Positions 1-12,585 of a DNA stretch of 64,000 nucleotides are shown here, piece after piece (positions within the stretch are counted from its first letter, which is position 1; each line of letters opens with the position of its first letter). The DNA is from Nymphaea colorata. Its lineage: Eukaryota. Under the pieces are notes generated by a model that saw nothing but the letters and a program-made list of their open reading frames with translations, was not told the origin of the DNA and searched no databases. The DNA is taken from positions 43,834,001 to 43,898,000 of the forward strand of contig NC_045138.2 of the NCBI RefSeq assembly GCF_008831285.2. The letters run 5' to 3'. The position numbers were made by a program, and so were the translations under genes.

Positions 1-751
1 GATGGAATGAGAGACCGAGAGGGAGAGAGAGGACTCACCTTCCCTCTACAGCCGGTTCTTCCTCTTCCTCAACATCCGCCTCCTCCCAATCCTCCTCCAC
101 CTTTCTTCTTCCCCAACTTCTTCTTCTATTGCTCTGAGCGATCGAGAAGCCCTCGTGGTTAGGCTTCTCCTGTTCCTTCTTCCTCTTTGCTATACCCAAA
201 CTGCAGAGAGAGAGAGAGAGAGAGAGAGAGCCCTTAGTCTTTGGAATCCTCTCAATATGCTAAAGGTCTCGGGTTGGGTTTGGACCTGATTTGGACCCAC
301 CACACCTGCTACACGAAGATATCAGAATGATAAGAGGTCTAGGGTAAATGAATTAGCACGGTGTATAATTGAATGGGTTGGAATGAATGCGTGTCTCAAT
401 TAGTACCCTGGTGCATTGAAACATATCCGATTTGGCAGGGCAAGCTCCTTTTTAGATATTCTATCTTTATGAATCGACAAATTGAACAAATGAAGGATTA
501 ATTAAGTTGTTATTGAATGAATAAATGAACAAATATATTGGGACATCTACCCCATTGTAGTGTATGATTGACATGATTTCTACGCTACAAGTTATGTGAA
601 ATTGCATTCTACTGATAGGTTCATCTCGGAAATTTCAAAGATTTGTGTGACCAGTTGTATAAGTTGTACTTGTGATACATGTATGACCTGTATTAGTGCT
701 TATTGGATGGTGTAGTGTAAGTGAACATTCCTATAACACACACACACCCTT

Positions 752-3700
752 TGTCACACCCCGACCTTTTTGACACTCAAACATTTTTTTTTTTCTCAAA
801 ACATAAAGCATCGAGGTGTGACTACACAATAGTTCAAAAAGGAATGAGCCAAGCAATTCAAAACAATGGGGCAAGCTTTCCATTATATAGCATTTCAATT
901 CAATTGTACATTTGACAAAAATGCCCCAAAATCACAACATCGATGCCTCATCAAAACAAGGCATCAGTAAAACCAAAAACCCGACGCGCCGGCACTACAA
1001 GAACAAAACAAAACCCAAAACCTCCCCAGTAGGACGTGAGTGTAGCCATCTGCTCAGCCTGCTGCCCCGGGTACACCAAAACCTGAAAAAAGGAAACAAC
1101 TGAAGGCTTAGCCTTCGCAGTATGGCAACAAGCCAGAAAAATGCCAAACCCTCTCAAGTAAGGCTCAAATAAAGGGACAAATATCAACCCATCTATCGTC
1201 ATGTCGCGTCTGAGTGCGACACGTAAAAGCCACTTGATGGCCACACTAACACAACATCAGTCACATGCGAAGCATGCTTAAACATAACACTTGCATTCAT
1301 ATCAATCACATATACGTCAGTCACATGCATTCTGTCAAACACTTTGCATTTTCATTAACTTTAGTGCATTAACAGTTCCTGTGGGTGCAACACAGGCACG
1401 TGCACACCGCGGGCGGCCTACAGCCGAGAGACAACCCCCGTGGTGGCCCATAACAGTATGGATCCATTTCACCCGCTGCAGCGGTAGAGCACTCATCCCT
1501 GGATGTGTGACGTCCAAGGTGAGATACTCAGCCTTCCCTAGGACACCCAGGTTGGGAAGCAGGAGCCCAACGCTCCAAGCACAACACACAACAGAACCCT
1601 GGGGCCTTGCACCGCCTGCGCTCTGACAGGCGAGACCAGTGGCAATCAAGGGGGACGTCTCCCAAACACATAGCCACATCCCACTGGCCTCTCATCTCTT
1701 AGTTATTCATTCTTATCATTACAGTTACACATTCACAAGAAGACTGGCTAACACACGAGGTTAGTACACTTCCCGAGTGCACCCACACCTCCGATTACCT
1801 CCACATGAGGTCTATACATACAGTAACAGTCATTGCTAGCCGTCATACCATACGGGTACAACTACCCTCCAAACATCCATTTGCATCATTGCCCATGGCA
1901 ATGCATATGCAACAACATACACATTTATATCAATCATTACATCAGTCATGTCAATCACCTCTTTGAAAAACATAGCCAATCCACAGAGAGTAGTCTCGAT
2001 CTGCGGTTGGCTCGTAGCTGTCCTATGCAGTTATCATTCTATGATGCTTTCTAATGCACAATTGGGGTCGAGGAGACACTCGACTCGATACCCCACCTCA
2101 TCTGTCCTAAACAGATATCAATTCTAGCATGCACATGCCAATGCGTAACATTTTTAAATCGAATGACTAATAATCTTTCTAACCCATTCATATCATGTAA
2201 GCAACATACACATACTCAATCACAAAACCGTCAATCAATTAACATCACAATCCTAGGATCCCTTGATCCTAGGAGCACCCAATCCCACAATTGCCCCAGG
2301 CAGGAATTTGCCTGGAAAGTTGCCATACCTGTGGCGCGCTCACCAAATTCTTCAAAATGCCTCAAGCTTCGAACTCAAGGTCGACGGGATGAGCCCGGTG
2401 CACCTGCAAACATAAACAAGAATAAGGTTTCTACTAGATTCCTACACCAATCAAACAGAAATGAACAGATACAAAAATAAAATCCTTGAGGCACGTGACA
2501 GCGCCTCAAGAGGGCATCGACAGGTAGTGTCGACCGACGAGCTCTCCACAAGGCCTCCTCCTTTACGTCTTGACGTTGCCTTGAATTATCAAGGCCTTCA
2601 ACCATCAATCAAACCGTCACTAAATCCTTCCTCAATAACGTTCTTTAAGTAAGACATCAACCTCAAGTCACATCCCAAAACGCATATATCCCTAATTAAC
2701 TTCATGATACACCCGTTCACCGAAGTCTGCGCTACACTCCCTAAGACGGTTCCAAAACTTCCCCACAACCTCACAATCTCTACCATGTTTCCTTACAGCT
2801 TCGAAACTTAATCCATCATGCTAAAACGATCAATAAGTACATGAATCATCACTTTCCAACGCAAATCCTAAGTTTCTCCCAAAAACAAAATTACTAACAT
2901 GCGTCCCAAAATCATCAATTCTAAGCTCTAGCATGCTCGAACCATAATTATACATGCTCTAAAAGATAAATACTCATCATTTTGAGCTTGATTAGGTATT
3001 GCTCACCCCAAACAAGCGTCCAAACTGCTACAACCCTTCTAGCAACCACTTCACACGTCCGATCAAGTGCCAATGCTCGAGATTGCTTGCTGTCGCTGCT
3101 CACTACACACCCTACTAGCAGGTAAGAGGGGAAAAACGTCCCCTAAACTGCAAACCAACCCCAAACGCCCAAAAAGTTTAACACAAACTCTGTTGCTAGG
3201 AAAGACCCACGGTAGTAGTTGGGAAAAAAAAACTGAAATAAACAAAGAAAAGGGACGCTGGCAGAGAGGAGAGACAGAGAGAGGAAGGGTTCGGTCAAGG
3301 GGGAAAACAGCCGTGGGGTGAGAAGAGAGAGAAAGAGCAGGCGGGGGAGTGCGGGTGAGTGAGAAGAGGGTCGAGCGGTAGAGAACCAGCGGAAAGAGGG
3401 GAAAGAAAATGGCGAGAGAGAAGAAGAGGGGACGTGCGGCAGAGAGCAAAACAGACAAAAGGGCATGAGTGGCAGAGCAAGAAAAATCGCACGAGAGAGA
3501 GAGGGTTTACCCAGCAGCCGCCGCCGCCGTCGCCGCTGCCACCTTCGTCGCCGTCGCCGTCGCCGTTCCAGCCACCACCACCCGACCGTCACTCTCCTCC
3601 CTCTGCGCTGCCACAGGAGACCACCGGAGACAACGAAGAAGGAAGGGAAAGGCGAGGGAGAAGGGCCTCGCGTCGGGCCCTTACGCGAGTGGGGGTCGGT

Positions 3701-3752
3701 TCCGGGTCTGGACCCTAGCTCGACCCGACCCGTCGAACCAACGAGCATTACA
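752..3752 (-). mobile_element. Solo LTR (~3.0 kb) of a Gypsy (Tekay/Del-like) retrotransposon
   Basis: TG...CA termini with 5-bp TSD CCCTT (747-751, 3753-3757) and no internal coding region. Reverse-complement homolog of 20384-28656. Lineage and orientation are inferred from the TGTAAT...GGGGTGTGACA ends. Confidence 0.9.
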
Positions 3753-4335
3753 CCCTTGGTGGGTTTTGAATTTGCTGGTTATCCATCATACTTCAAAGAC
3801 AGCCTTTTATTGATAGTTTTTTAAGAATCCAGCCGGTTGGGGCGAGAGGCAGATCGATAGGTATAAATTATATTCCACCAGAGAAAAGTGTTCATTGTGT
3901 CAGTGCATCCATTGCTGTTAAAGTTTTCATTTTTGTTTTCTTTTGTAGTTTTGTACAAAGAAAATATAAATAGGTCTGTAGTGTATATGTCTCATCTCCA
4001 AAAGTTTGTGGCTGCTTTGCATTTAAAAAAAATTGGTTGAAAATTTGGGGTGCAACATGTGTCACATCTGAAACTTATGTCACTACACAAATGATTATAA
4101 ATTTTGAGGTAAACCTTTCAGTAGAACACAATTTTACATAACCATTAGCCATCATGTTGAGTATATAATGGAACAGGGTTTCAATACCAATACGTATGTT
4201 CATTTGGTCACAATTTTCTCTATTATTCGTTCATTCAATTTATTGATTCATATATATAGGGAATAAATCCAAGGGGGCATTCCCTGCTTAATCAGACATC
4301 CTTCAATATGATCAGTGTACCATTCAATATTGCAC

Positions 4336-4535
4336 CTTCAGTGCCAATCATCTAGCCATACACATTATCATCCCATTACTCTTTACTGCGTAACACATAT
4401 TCGCCTTGTATCACATGAACTTATCATACATTCACCCTTAATCTTCAGTGCCAATCATCTAGCCATACGCACTATCATTCAATTACTATAGATTGGATAC
4501 ACATACTCATCTTGTATCACATGAACTTATCATAC
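4336..4535. repeat. Two-copy imperfect tandem duplication (~108-bp period)
   Basis: cttcagtgccaatcatctagccatac...cttgtatcacatgaacttatcatac occurs twice. Confidence 0.75.
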
Positions 4536-4748
4536 TTTCACTCAAGGGTTTTACTTTTTATCCCATAGGTTAAGCAACCATGCCCAAACACAGCTGCACC
4601 AAAAGTGGTTAGGTACATCCATAGTTATAAGAGGCGTATGCCTCATGCCATAAAAATATGCCTCGAGGTGTTTTTGAGAAAAAAATGCCTTGAAGCGCAG
4701 GGTGAGGCGCACATATCCCTGAAGCATGCGCCTCACCTGGTTGAGGCG

Positions 4749-7700
4749 TGTAAGAATCTTCACAAAGTACTCGTCTCTCCGTATGCAAAACAGATATGTT
4801 GAGAAGAGAGGATGAAAGAAGACGATGGAGGAAAGGGAGCAGCCGGCTTAACTTAGCCCTGCGTTCCTTAATCTTTAATTAAAGAATAACCCTAATAGGG
4901 TACAACAGATTTGTACATAAAAAGATAAAAAATTACAAGAGAGCCACCGCCTAGTAGCTTTAGGCGTGTGGATATAAGGAGAATGGATCGGGTCTGTTCA
5001 GACCCGATCCCCATACGCTAACAGCTCCCCTCAAGTTGTGCATGAGATTTGATCATGCACAACTTGTTCTTCAAATCCCAAAAATGCTGCCCTGTGAGAC
5101 CTTTGGTAAAAAGATCAGCTATCTGTTCATTGGTAGATATATAAGTAGGCAAGATCTCGGCTTCTTCAACCTTCTGTCGAATGAAATGTTGATCAATCTC
5201 TATATGTTTGGTGCGATTATGCAAAATGGGATTGAAAGCAATTTTTATCGCACTTTGATTGTCACATAGTAATGATGACCGAACAATAGGAAGATTGAGC
5301 TCTCCAAGTAAATGACGTAACCATGACGCTTCAGCCGTCCCTGCAGCCATTGCTCTATATTCTGCCTCAGTGCTAGATCGTGCAACAGCACGCTGCTTCT
5401 TACTGCTCCAACAAATGAGATTAGAATCAAGAAAGAGACAGAAACCTGAAACTGATCGTCGGTCATCGGGATCGCCTGCCCAGTCGGCATCAGTATATGT
5501 ATATATGCTATGTCCAAGAGAAACATTGGAACATTTGGTGTAGACTAGTCCATCTCCAAGAGTAGCTTTGAGATACCGTAGGATCCGCTTAGCAGCATCC
5601 ATATGTCCTTCAGTGGGTGCATGCATGAACTGAGAAATCTGATTTACAGCATATACTATGTCTGGGCGAGTAAAGGTAAGGTATTGTAACATACCAACAA
5701 TGCTGCGATAGAATGTGGGAGTGGAATATGCAGCAGTTCCATCAGATGCAGTCAATTTAGTATTCAGAACACTGGGGGTAGTGATGGGTTTGCAATTAGT
5801 CATACCTGCCCTATCCAAAACATCAAGGGTATACTTGTGCTGTGTAAGAGTCAAACTATCATTTGTCCTGTCAAGTTCGACACCCAAAAAATATCGTAAT
5901 TCTCCCAGATCCTTCATCTTGAACTCTTGCTTCAACATACCTTTAACATAAGATATATGTGAAGAAGAATTCCCAGTTATAACAATATCATCAACATAGA
6001 TAAGTAACCAGGTGGTAGCTTCTCCAGTGCGATAGATAAACAAAGAGTGATCGAGAGAGCTTCGGAGAAAACCAATTTGTTGTATGTGATGAGAAAAACG
6101 ATCAAACCATGACCTAGAAGCTTGCTTCAACCCATATAGAGACTTGTGTAATTTGCAAACCCATTTTTGAGAATCATGAGTAGTGTAGCCGGGAGGTTGC
6201 TCCATGTATACCTCTTCCTTAAGAATTCCATGAAGAAAAGCATTTTTGACATCTAACTGATAGAGAGGCCATCCATACGAGACTGCAAGAGAAATAATGA
6301 CACGGATTGTTCCCATCTTGATGACTGGACTGAATGTCTCATCATAATCTTCCCCATATTGCTGAGTGAAACCGCGCGCCACAAGTCGTGCTTTATACCG
6401 ATCTATGCTACCATCTGGTTTATATTTCAGTTTATAAACCCATTTGGATCCCACAACATTCTTATCAGCTGGACGAGGGACAATCTGCCAAGTCTGACAT
6501 TCATGCAAGGCTGCCATTTCCTCATTCATAGCTTCAACCCAACATTTTTCCTTACTCGCATTGTGATAAGATGTTGGTTCCACCTTTTTGCTGACTTCTG
6601 TCATAAACAGCTGAAAATCCAAAGAAAAACTGTTATAGCTCACCCATCTATCAATAGGATGTCGCACGCGTTGTGATTGGCGTGGAACTGCAGTAGGAAC
6701 TGATCGCCTAGAATACACCAGGCCTGAGAACCGATTATGCATAGGTGGCTCACTGGGCTGAGAAGATGAAGGCATGCTGTCCAAGGAAGTAGTGCTGCTC
6801 AAGGAACTACTTACAGATGTCTCGGGCTCATTAACAACTTGCTCATTGTGCTCAGTCAACATTGATGCCCCTTGTCTTAAGATTTCAGCATGAAGCCAAG
6901 TATCATAAACTTCATTTTTGTCCTTGAGTGTCACAGAAGTAGCCTTGGGATCCTGTAACCTGTTCTCATCAAATACAACATGCCGTGAAATATGTACACG
7001 CTCAGTTTTAGGATTGTAACACCTATAACCCTTGTAATTTTCTGCATACCCTATAAATCTACATAAAACAGCACGATCTTGAAATTTGTTTCGCAAGGAA
7101 ACATCAACATGCACATAGCACACACATCCAAAAACGCGCAACTCCTCATAACGTGGCTGCTCTTGGTGTAAAAGAAAAAATGGTGATTTTCCATCAAGCA
7201 AAGCCAATGGCAATCGATTTATAACATGTACAGCCGTATGGAAAGCCTCGGTCCACAATGTCATAGGTAAGTCTGTTTCATGCATCATGCTAAGTGCACT
7301 TTCAACAATATGCCTATGTTTCCTTTCAGCAATTCCGTTTTGCTGAGGTGTATGCGGACATGAAATTTGTCTAGTGATCCCATTATCTAGTAAGTACTCA
7401 GTAAATTCATTAGAAATAAATTCACCACCACCATCACATTGAAAATGCACAATATTACTGGAATATTTATTTTGAACTAAGGCATGAAATTGAGTGAATA
7501 GGCGAAAAACTTCTGATTTGTGTTTCATGAAATGGATCCAAGTATATCGGGAATATGAGTCAACAAAAATGACATAGTATCTACTCCCAGAAGAAGAAGG
7601 AACTGGAGCAGGCCCCCAAACATCAGAATATATGGTGTCAAAAACCTTTGGAGCTCTTTTATTTATTAATTGAAAAGGAAGGGCATGGCTCTTACAGATA

Positions 7701-9823
7701 TGACAACTCGAGCACATGCTGGACTCACTGACAGAACTCAGACTGGACTTATCTAAGAGCCCGTCTGCAACAAGACTTCGAACAAAAGATTGACTACAAT
7801 GAGCTAACCGACCATGCCAAATGGATGGTTTATTATACTCTGTGACATTGACTTCACTATGACTTGGAGAACATGAATCGGAAGGGTGAGATTTTGACAT
7901 CTGTGGAGCTCCTTCAAGGACATACATATCTCCTTTGCGAGTGCCCTCAGCGAATGTCTTCTTGGTTCGAGCATCCTTGACATAAACAGAAGAGGGTGTG
8001 AATTCAACAGAGGATTGAGTATCATCAATAAGCTTGGACACTGAAATAATATTTTTCTGGACACTTGGAACAACAAGAACATTCTTTAATGGAATCGAAG
8101 AAGAGCCCATAGAAATTTGTACATTTCCAATGTGTGATATTGTGTGATGGGAACCATCTCCCGTGACAACTGAGCCTTTATCTAAATAAGGGAGAGCACT
8201 AGAGAGATTACCTGCGTCACCAGTAACATGGGCTGCTGCTCCAGAGTCCACATACCATTCTCCTTGCTCGTTTTGTTTCAAATGAAGCTTAGACAGGGCT
8301 GTCATGAGGAGTTGTTGTACGTCTGCTGAAACATTAGATCCAGATGATGATGAAGCTGACCCTGCTGCTGCCTTGTTCTCACGTCTAATCTGATTATTTT
8401 TGTTCTGTGGGTTGTGCCAACATTCTGACTTTACATGCCCCCTCTTGTTGCAATAGAAACAAGTCGGAACCCTTCTAGATGTGGCAGATGTAGTATTCAT
8501 GCCCTGTGGTGTTGGGAGAATCCCTCTTCCCATTCCTGCCTGAGGAATCCAAGTACGAGTGCGATTCCCTTGCAATGCATGTGTCCCTGTGATCAGTACA
8601 TTGTGACTGTTGGAAGGAATCAAATTCTGTCGCTGAACACGACTAGCTTCGTGTTGGAATAACTTAGCCTTGAGATCTTCGAAAGATGGAAGAATAGGTA
8701 GGACTTCCAAGGCTGTGCAAAAAATATCAAAATCTGTTCCCAGTCCACTCAAGGCTTGTTGCACTTTGTCCTTGTCGCTGACGGGATGTCCAATGGCAGC
8801 AAGTTGATCACTTACACTTTTAATTTCATTCAAATATTCCAAAACAGTACGCGTCCCACGCTTGATGTCCTGAAATTGCCTTCTTAACTGCAGAAAACGT
8901 GCTTCGGATACTTGAGAATACGTGGTGGCAAGGGTAGACCACAACTCTAGGGCTGTTAAATCATCATCAATACCTCCTAATACTTCCTCTGACAAAGTAG
9001 AAGTAATATAGGCAACAAGAGACTGGTCGTGAGCCAGCCAAGCTTCATACTCAGGATTATTTTCAGTAATGGTTTCATATTCAAATCTGATTTCACTCAT
9101 AGCCGCAGCCCCAGCAGCTTGATCTCCCACTACGGTTTTCTTCACTTCACGGTCAATATACATAGGAGGTGCTGGAGTGGTCCCATCGATATGCCCGTAG
9201 AGTCTATGACTTTTGATAAAAGGGACTATTTGACGTTTCCAAGTCAAATAGTTACTATGATTCAGCTTTTGTGAAATAAGTTGGGAGAGAAAGCTGGAAG
9301 ATAGAAGAGAGGGGGTCGGCTGATCCATAATTGATTTAGGGCAACGACAGAAATTAGGGCAAAACGATGAGAAGATTAGGGCACAACGATTAGGGCAAAT
9401 CAATTAGGGCAAATCACGCAAGATTTAGGGCAGAAACTGAAAAGAGGGATGATCACGCCAGAAAAGAAAGAATTTAGGGCAGATTAGGGCTAATCACATC
9501 AAACTGAAATCACTCACCGGAGGACGATGCAACCTGTCTCTGATACCATGTAAGAATCTTCACAAAGTACTCGTCTCTCCGTATGCAAAACAGATATGTT
9601 GAGAAGAGAGGATGAAAGAAGACGATGGAGGAAAGGGAGCAGCCGGCTTAACTTAGCCCTGCGTTCCTTAATCTTTAATTAAAGAATAACCCTAATAGGG
9701 TACAACAGATTTGTACATAAAAAGATAAAAAATTACAAGAGAGCCACCGCCTAGTAGCTTTAGGCGTGTGGATATAAGGAGAATGGATCGGGTCTGTTCA
9801 GACCCGATCCCCATACGCTAACA
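4749..9823 (-). mobile_element. Full-length intact Ty1/Copia LTR retrotransposon
   Basis: 275-bp LTRs at 4749-5023 and 9549-9823 read as identical, with TG..CA ends and TSD AGGCG (4744-4748, 9824-9828). Met-tRNA-type PBS TGGTATCAGAG on the minus strand at 9538-9548; polypurine tract (PPT) at 5024-5034. Confidence 0.97.
5018..9328 (-). CDS. Copia Gag-Pol polyprotein (Gag, CCHC knuckle, protease, integrase, RT, RNase H), uninterrupted
   Basis: Motifs CFYCNKRGHVKSEC, WYVDSGA, HTPQQNGIAERKHRH, YVDD, ADWAG and RTKHIEID in Copia order. First ATG at 9328; the ORF track start at 9403 is TTG. Confidence 0.95.
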   Translation of the reverse strand: MDQPTPSLLSSSFLSQLISQKLNHSNYLTWKRQIVPFIKSHRLYGHIDGTTPAPPMYIDREVKKTVVGDQAAGAAAMSEIRFEYETITENNPEYEAWLAHDQSLVAYITSTLSEEVLGGIDDDLTALELWSTLATTYSQVSEARFLQLRRQFQDIKRGTRTVLEYLNEIKSVSDQLAAIGHPVSDKDKVQQALSGLGTDFDIFCTALEVLPILPSFEDLKAKLFQHEASRVQRQNLIPSNSHNVLITGTHALQGNRTRTWIPQAGMGRGILPTPQGMNTTSATSRRVPTCFYCNKRGHVKSECWHNPQNKNNQIRRENKAAAGSASSSSGSNVSADVQQLLMTALSKLHLKQNEQGEWYVDSGAAAHVTGDAGNLSSALPYLDKGSVVTGDGSHHTISHIGNVQISMGSSSIPLKNVLVVPSVQKNIISVSKLIDDTQSSVEFTPSSVYVKDARTKKTFAEGTRKGDMYVLEGAPQMSKSHPSDSCSPSHSEVNVTEYNKPSIWHGRLAHCSQSFVRSLVADGLLDKSSLSSVSESSMCSSCHICKSHALPFQLINKRAPKVFDTIYSDVWGPAPVPSSSGSRYYVIFVDSYSRYTWIHFMKHKSEVFRLFTQFHALVQNKYSSNIVHFQCDGGGEFISNEFTEYLLDNGITRQISCPHTPQQNGIAERKHRHIVESALSMMHETDLPMTLWTEAFHTAVHVINRLPLALLDGKSPFFLLHQEQPRYEELRVFGCVCYVHVDVSLRNKFQDRAVLCRFIGYAENYKGYRCYNPKTERVHISRHVVFDENRLQDPKATSVTLKDKNEVYDTWLHAEILRQGASMLTEHNEQVVNEPETSVSSSLSSTTSLDSMPSSSQPSEPPMHNRFSGLVYSRRSVPTAVPRQSQRVRHPIDRWVSYNSFSLDFQLFMTEVSKKVEPTSYHNASKEKCWVEAMNEEMAALHECQTWQIVPRPADKNVVGSKWVYKLKYKPDGSIDRYKARLVARGFTQQYGEDYDETFSPVIKMGTIRVIISLAVSYGWPLYQLDVKNAFLHGILKEEVYMEQPPGYTTHDSQKWVCKLHKSLYGLKQASRSWFDRFSHHIQQIGFLRSSLDHSLFIYRTGEATTWLLIYVDDIVITGNSSSHISYVKGMLKQEFKMKDLGELRYFLGVELDRTNDSLTLTQHKYTLDVLDRAGMTNCKPITTPSVLNTKLTASDGTAAYSTPTFYRSIVGMLQYLTFTRPDIVYAVNQISQFMHAPTEGHMDAAKRILRYLKATLGDGLVYTKCSNVSLGHSIYTYTDADWAGDPDDRRSVSGFCLFLDSNLICWSSKKQRAVARSSTEAEYRAMAAGTAEASWLRHLLGELNLPIVRSSLLCDNQSAIKIAFNPILHNRTKHIEIDQHFIRQKVEEAEILPTYISTNEQIADLFTKGLTGQHFWDLKNKLCMIKSHAQLEGSC

Positions 9824-10169
9824 AGGCGTACTCCTCAACCCACGGTATGCTCCATGCCTGAGGCGTACGCTTGAGGGATGAAGCCTTTTTATCAACTTTT
9901 AATTGAAAAAATAAAAAAAAATGTGAAAAGCAAATAGGTGGAGGGTCTTTACCTACCCGACAGCCTGGTTTTCACTTTTCACACTTTCACTGTGTCATGG
10001 TGAAACTTCCCCCCTTTTCATCCATCGCTTATGAAGAGTTGCCGGTTTGTTGCTGTGACCATCGAGTGTGCTGCTGCTGGAATCTACTGCTACCACTGAA
10101 GTGCCATCCCTTCAGGTCTCTCTCTCTCCCTCTCTCTAGCCTCGCAATTACCTCTTCTTGGCTTATGGA

Positions 10170-11755
10170 TGTAGATCCTAGGTTACTCATGTTCGAATGT
10201 CAAACCCAAACCAAGATTTGAACAAAAATCACAGCTCTCAAAGTCAAATTTTCATTAATCTTCAAGCTATTCTATGGCAGCAGCAGCAACCATCTAATAC
10301 AATAGAGAAAGCAAGAACCGTGAGCTAACTAAGGGCTAAAATCCTAACTTAAGATACAACAAAAAGAGATAAAGTGCCTAACTGCCCTCACTTAAAAGTG
10401 ATAAAACATTAAAATAGATTAAAACATAGTACAATGAAGAAGACAAGAATATACTTTGACCCAAAAAAGGCTGTTTGGCTCGTGTATTTTAACACTTCCC
10501 CTCAAACTTGGCATGACTGAGTGGCATAATACTAAGATTGCTAAAATGTGCTGCCTAATGGTGCCTAACTCTTTGTAAACATATCAGCAACCTGGTTTTC
10601 GGTTCTTGTATGCTCAAGAGAAATCAATCATCATATGCTCTCCTTGTAAAGTAGCAGCCGATCTCAATATGTTTAGTTCTTTCATGAAATTCTGGATTTT
10701 GGCAATATGAATTGCACTCATGTTGTTACAAATTAGTCTAGTCTTATCAACCATTAGAATTCCATTCTCTTTTAGCAACCATTTTATCCATATTATTTCA
10801 AATGTAGTTTGGGCCGTGTCTTTATATTCAGCCTTAGCAGTAAATAAAGTCACTCTTTGTTGTTTCTTGCTCTCCCAAAATATTATAGATTTGCTAAAGA
10901 AGATGCAAAATCCTATTGTAGATAGCCGATCACTTATTGATCCACGAAAATCAGCATCACAAAAGGCTACAAGTTCTTCAAAATTTGAAGAAGAAAAAAA
11001 CTTGCCAAAGACCATTGTACCTCTCACATACTTAATAATTCTTAGTACAACAGCAAGTTGAACTGATGTAGGTGCACTCATGAATTGACTCACTACATGG
11101 ACTGCATGTGTTATGTCATGTCAAGATACGGTTAGATAAATCAAGCTTCCAACAAGTTATCTTGTAAACTATAGTCTATAGCATCTTCTAATTTCTTCCC
11201 TTCGAGAGATCTTAGCTTAATATTTGCTTCCATAGGAGTTGGCACTCTTTTATCATCATCTTGTAGTCTAGCTTTGGTTACAAGATCAGCTGCATGTTTG
11301 TGGTGAGATAGAAACAACCGCCTTCTTGAGTAAGCAACTTCTAAACCCAAGAAAAACCTAGATCTTTCATTTCAAATGTTTGTGCTACATTTTCTTTGTT
11401 TAATGAAGAATTTTATGATCATCTCAAATGATGATTATATCATCAACATACAAAAGCAGTAAGCACTTATCTCTTTTTGTAAGAGATACAAACAATGTAG
11501 GATCATAAGGGTTTCCTTAAACCCAATTTCTTTGACAGTTGTTTAAAATTTTCAAATCATGCTTTTGGAGCTTGTTGTAGTTCATAAGAACTTTCTTTAG
11601 TTTGCATATTCTACCTTCTGAATCTTCAACACATGGTGGAGGCTACATATAAGCTTCTTCTTCTTGATCTCCATTTAAGAAAACATTTTTCACATTTAGT
11701 TGCTACAAGTTCCAATGTTTTGCTTATGCTACTGGAAGAAGAGTTTTGATGGTAA
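10170..11755 (-). mobile_element. Degenerate Copia fragment (RT-RNase H, PPT, 3' LTR)
   Basis: Broken frames with SQFMSAP and FCDADF..STIGFC..WESKKQ. Minus-strand PPT ttgaggggaag followed by TGTT at 10494. The left LTR boundary is approximate. Confidence 0.8.
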
Positions 11756-12550
11756 CTATGTCATGTGGGTGCGGGTATGGGTATGGCGGTACGGGTTCAG
11801 ACATGACAATTTTGAAAACTGTGCGTACGCGGGTATGACAATTTTTTTTGAATTTCAAAAAATGATAAAATGAAAAAAAAAACATTAATAGCAAAAAAAC
11901 ATCACTCTTCAAACAAAAACATCCCCAAATAAAAAAACGAAAACCCCCAAATCAAGAAAATGAAACCTAAGTTGTGATAGCAAAAAGAAAAAAAAAAAAA
12001 AAACACTTACCTAGTTGTTGCTGTACACTGCCGGATGTCACCGAATGTTGTTCCTGCCGCTAGTCTTTCCTGTTCTAGACGAGGGTTGAAGAAAATGCAG
12101 GTAGGTCGATCTCTGCTCAGAGCTCGACTTGTGTTTCGTAAGTTAAAAAGAAAGATTTTTATGGTTTGGATCGGGTTGCAGACTTGCAGTGTTAGTCCAA
12201 GCCAGTGTCACAAAAAATGTGGAAAATAAATTGCCATTTAAAACTAAAAAAAAAACACATTTTTTTGAAAAAGAACGTTAAAAACCTTTAACTCCAAAAC
12301 GTTATTTATGAGTATGGTGTACAGCTGGCTGACGTTATTTAAGATTTTTCCTTTTTTTATTTTTTTCATTTTTTAATGCCAAACTGTTTTTTTTTTTCAT
12401 TTTCTTTTTTTATTTGTTTCAAATCGACTTATGTTTTTTTTTGTTATTAGTTTCTCACTTATTTTATTCTTTTCTCATTTTTAGTTTCTTTAAATTTTTA
12501 AAAGTCTACTGTATTTTTCTCGTTTTTTCAAGCTCGCCGTATTATACCCG
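11756..12550. mobile_element. Truncated hAT-like non-autonomous element (CTATGTCA-terminus family)
   Basis: Starts ctatgtcatgtgggtgcgggtatggg, like the termini at 32230, 33229, 59797 and 60449/61342. It truncates the Copia fragment. Right end uncertain. Confidence 0.5.
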
Positions 12551-12585
12551 AGAAAAACCTTTAACTCCAAAACGTTATTTATGAG

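Noticed and set aside
1..746. Possible Gypsy LTR/UTR remnant with (GA)n
   Set aside because: No boundary, TSD or coding motif visible to support a call.
3063..3824. Overlapping 100-200-aa Arg/Pro-rich ORFs (mirrored at 20152-21066)
   Set aside because: Low-complexity GA/GC-rich LTR sequence that is open in several frames; no domain.
4547..4748. aggcg/cgcct-rich MITE-like host of the Copia (continues at 9829-9900)
   Set aside because: Termini and TSD could not be defined.
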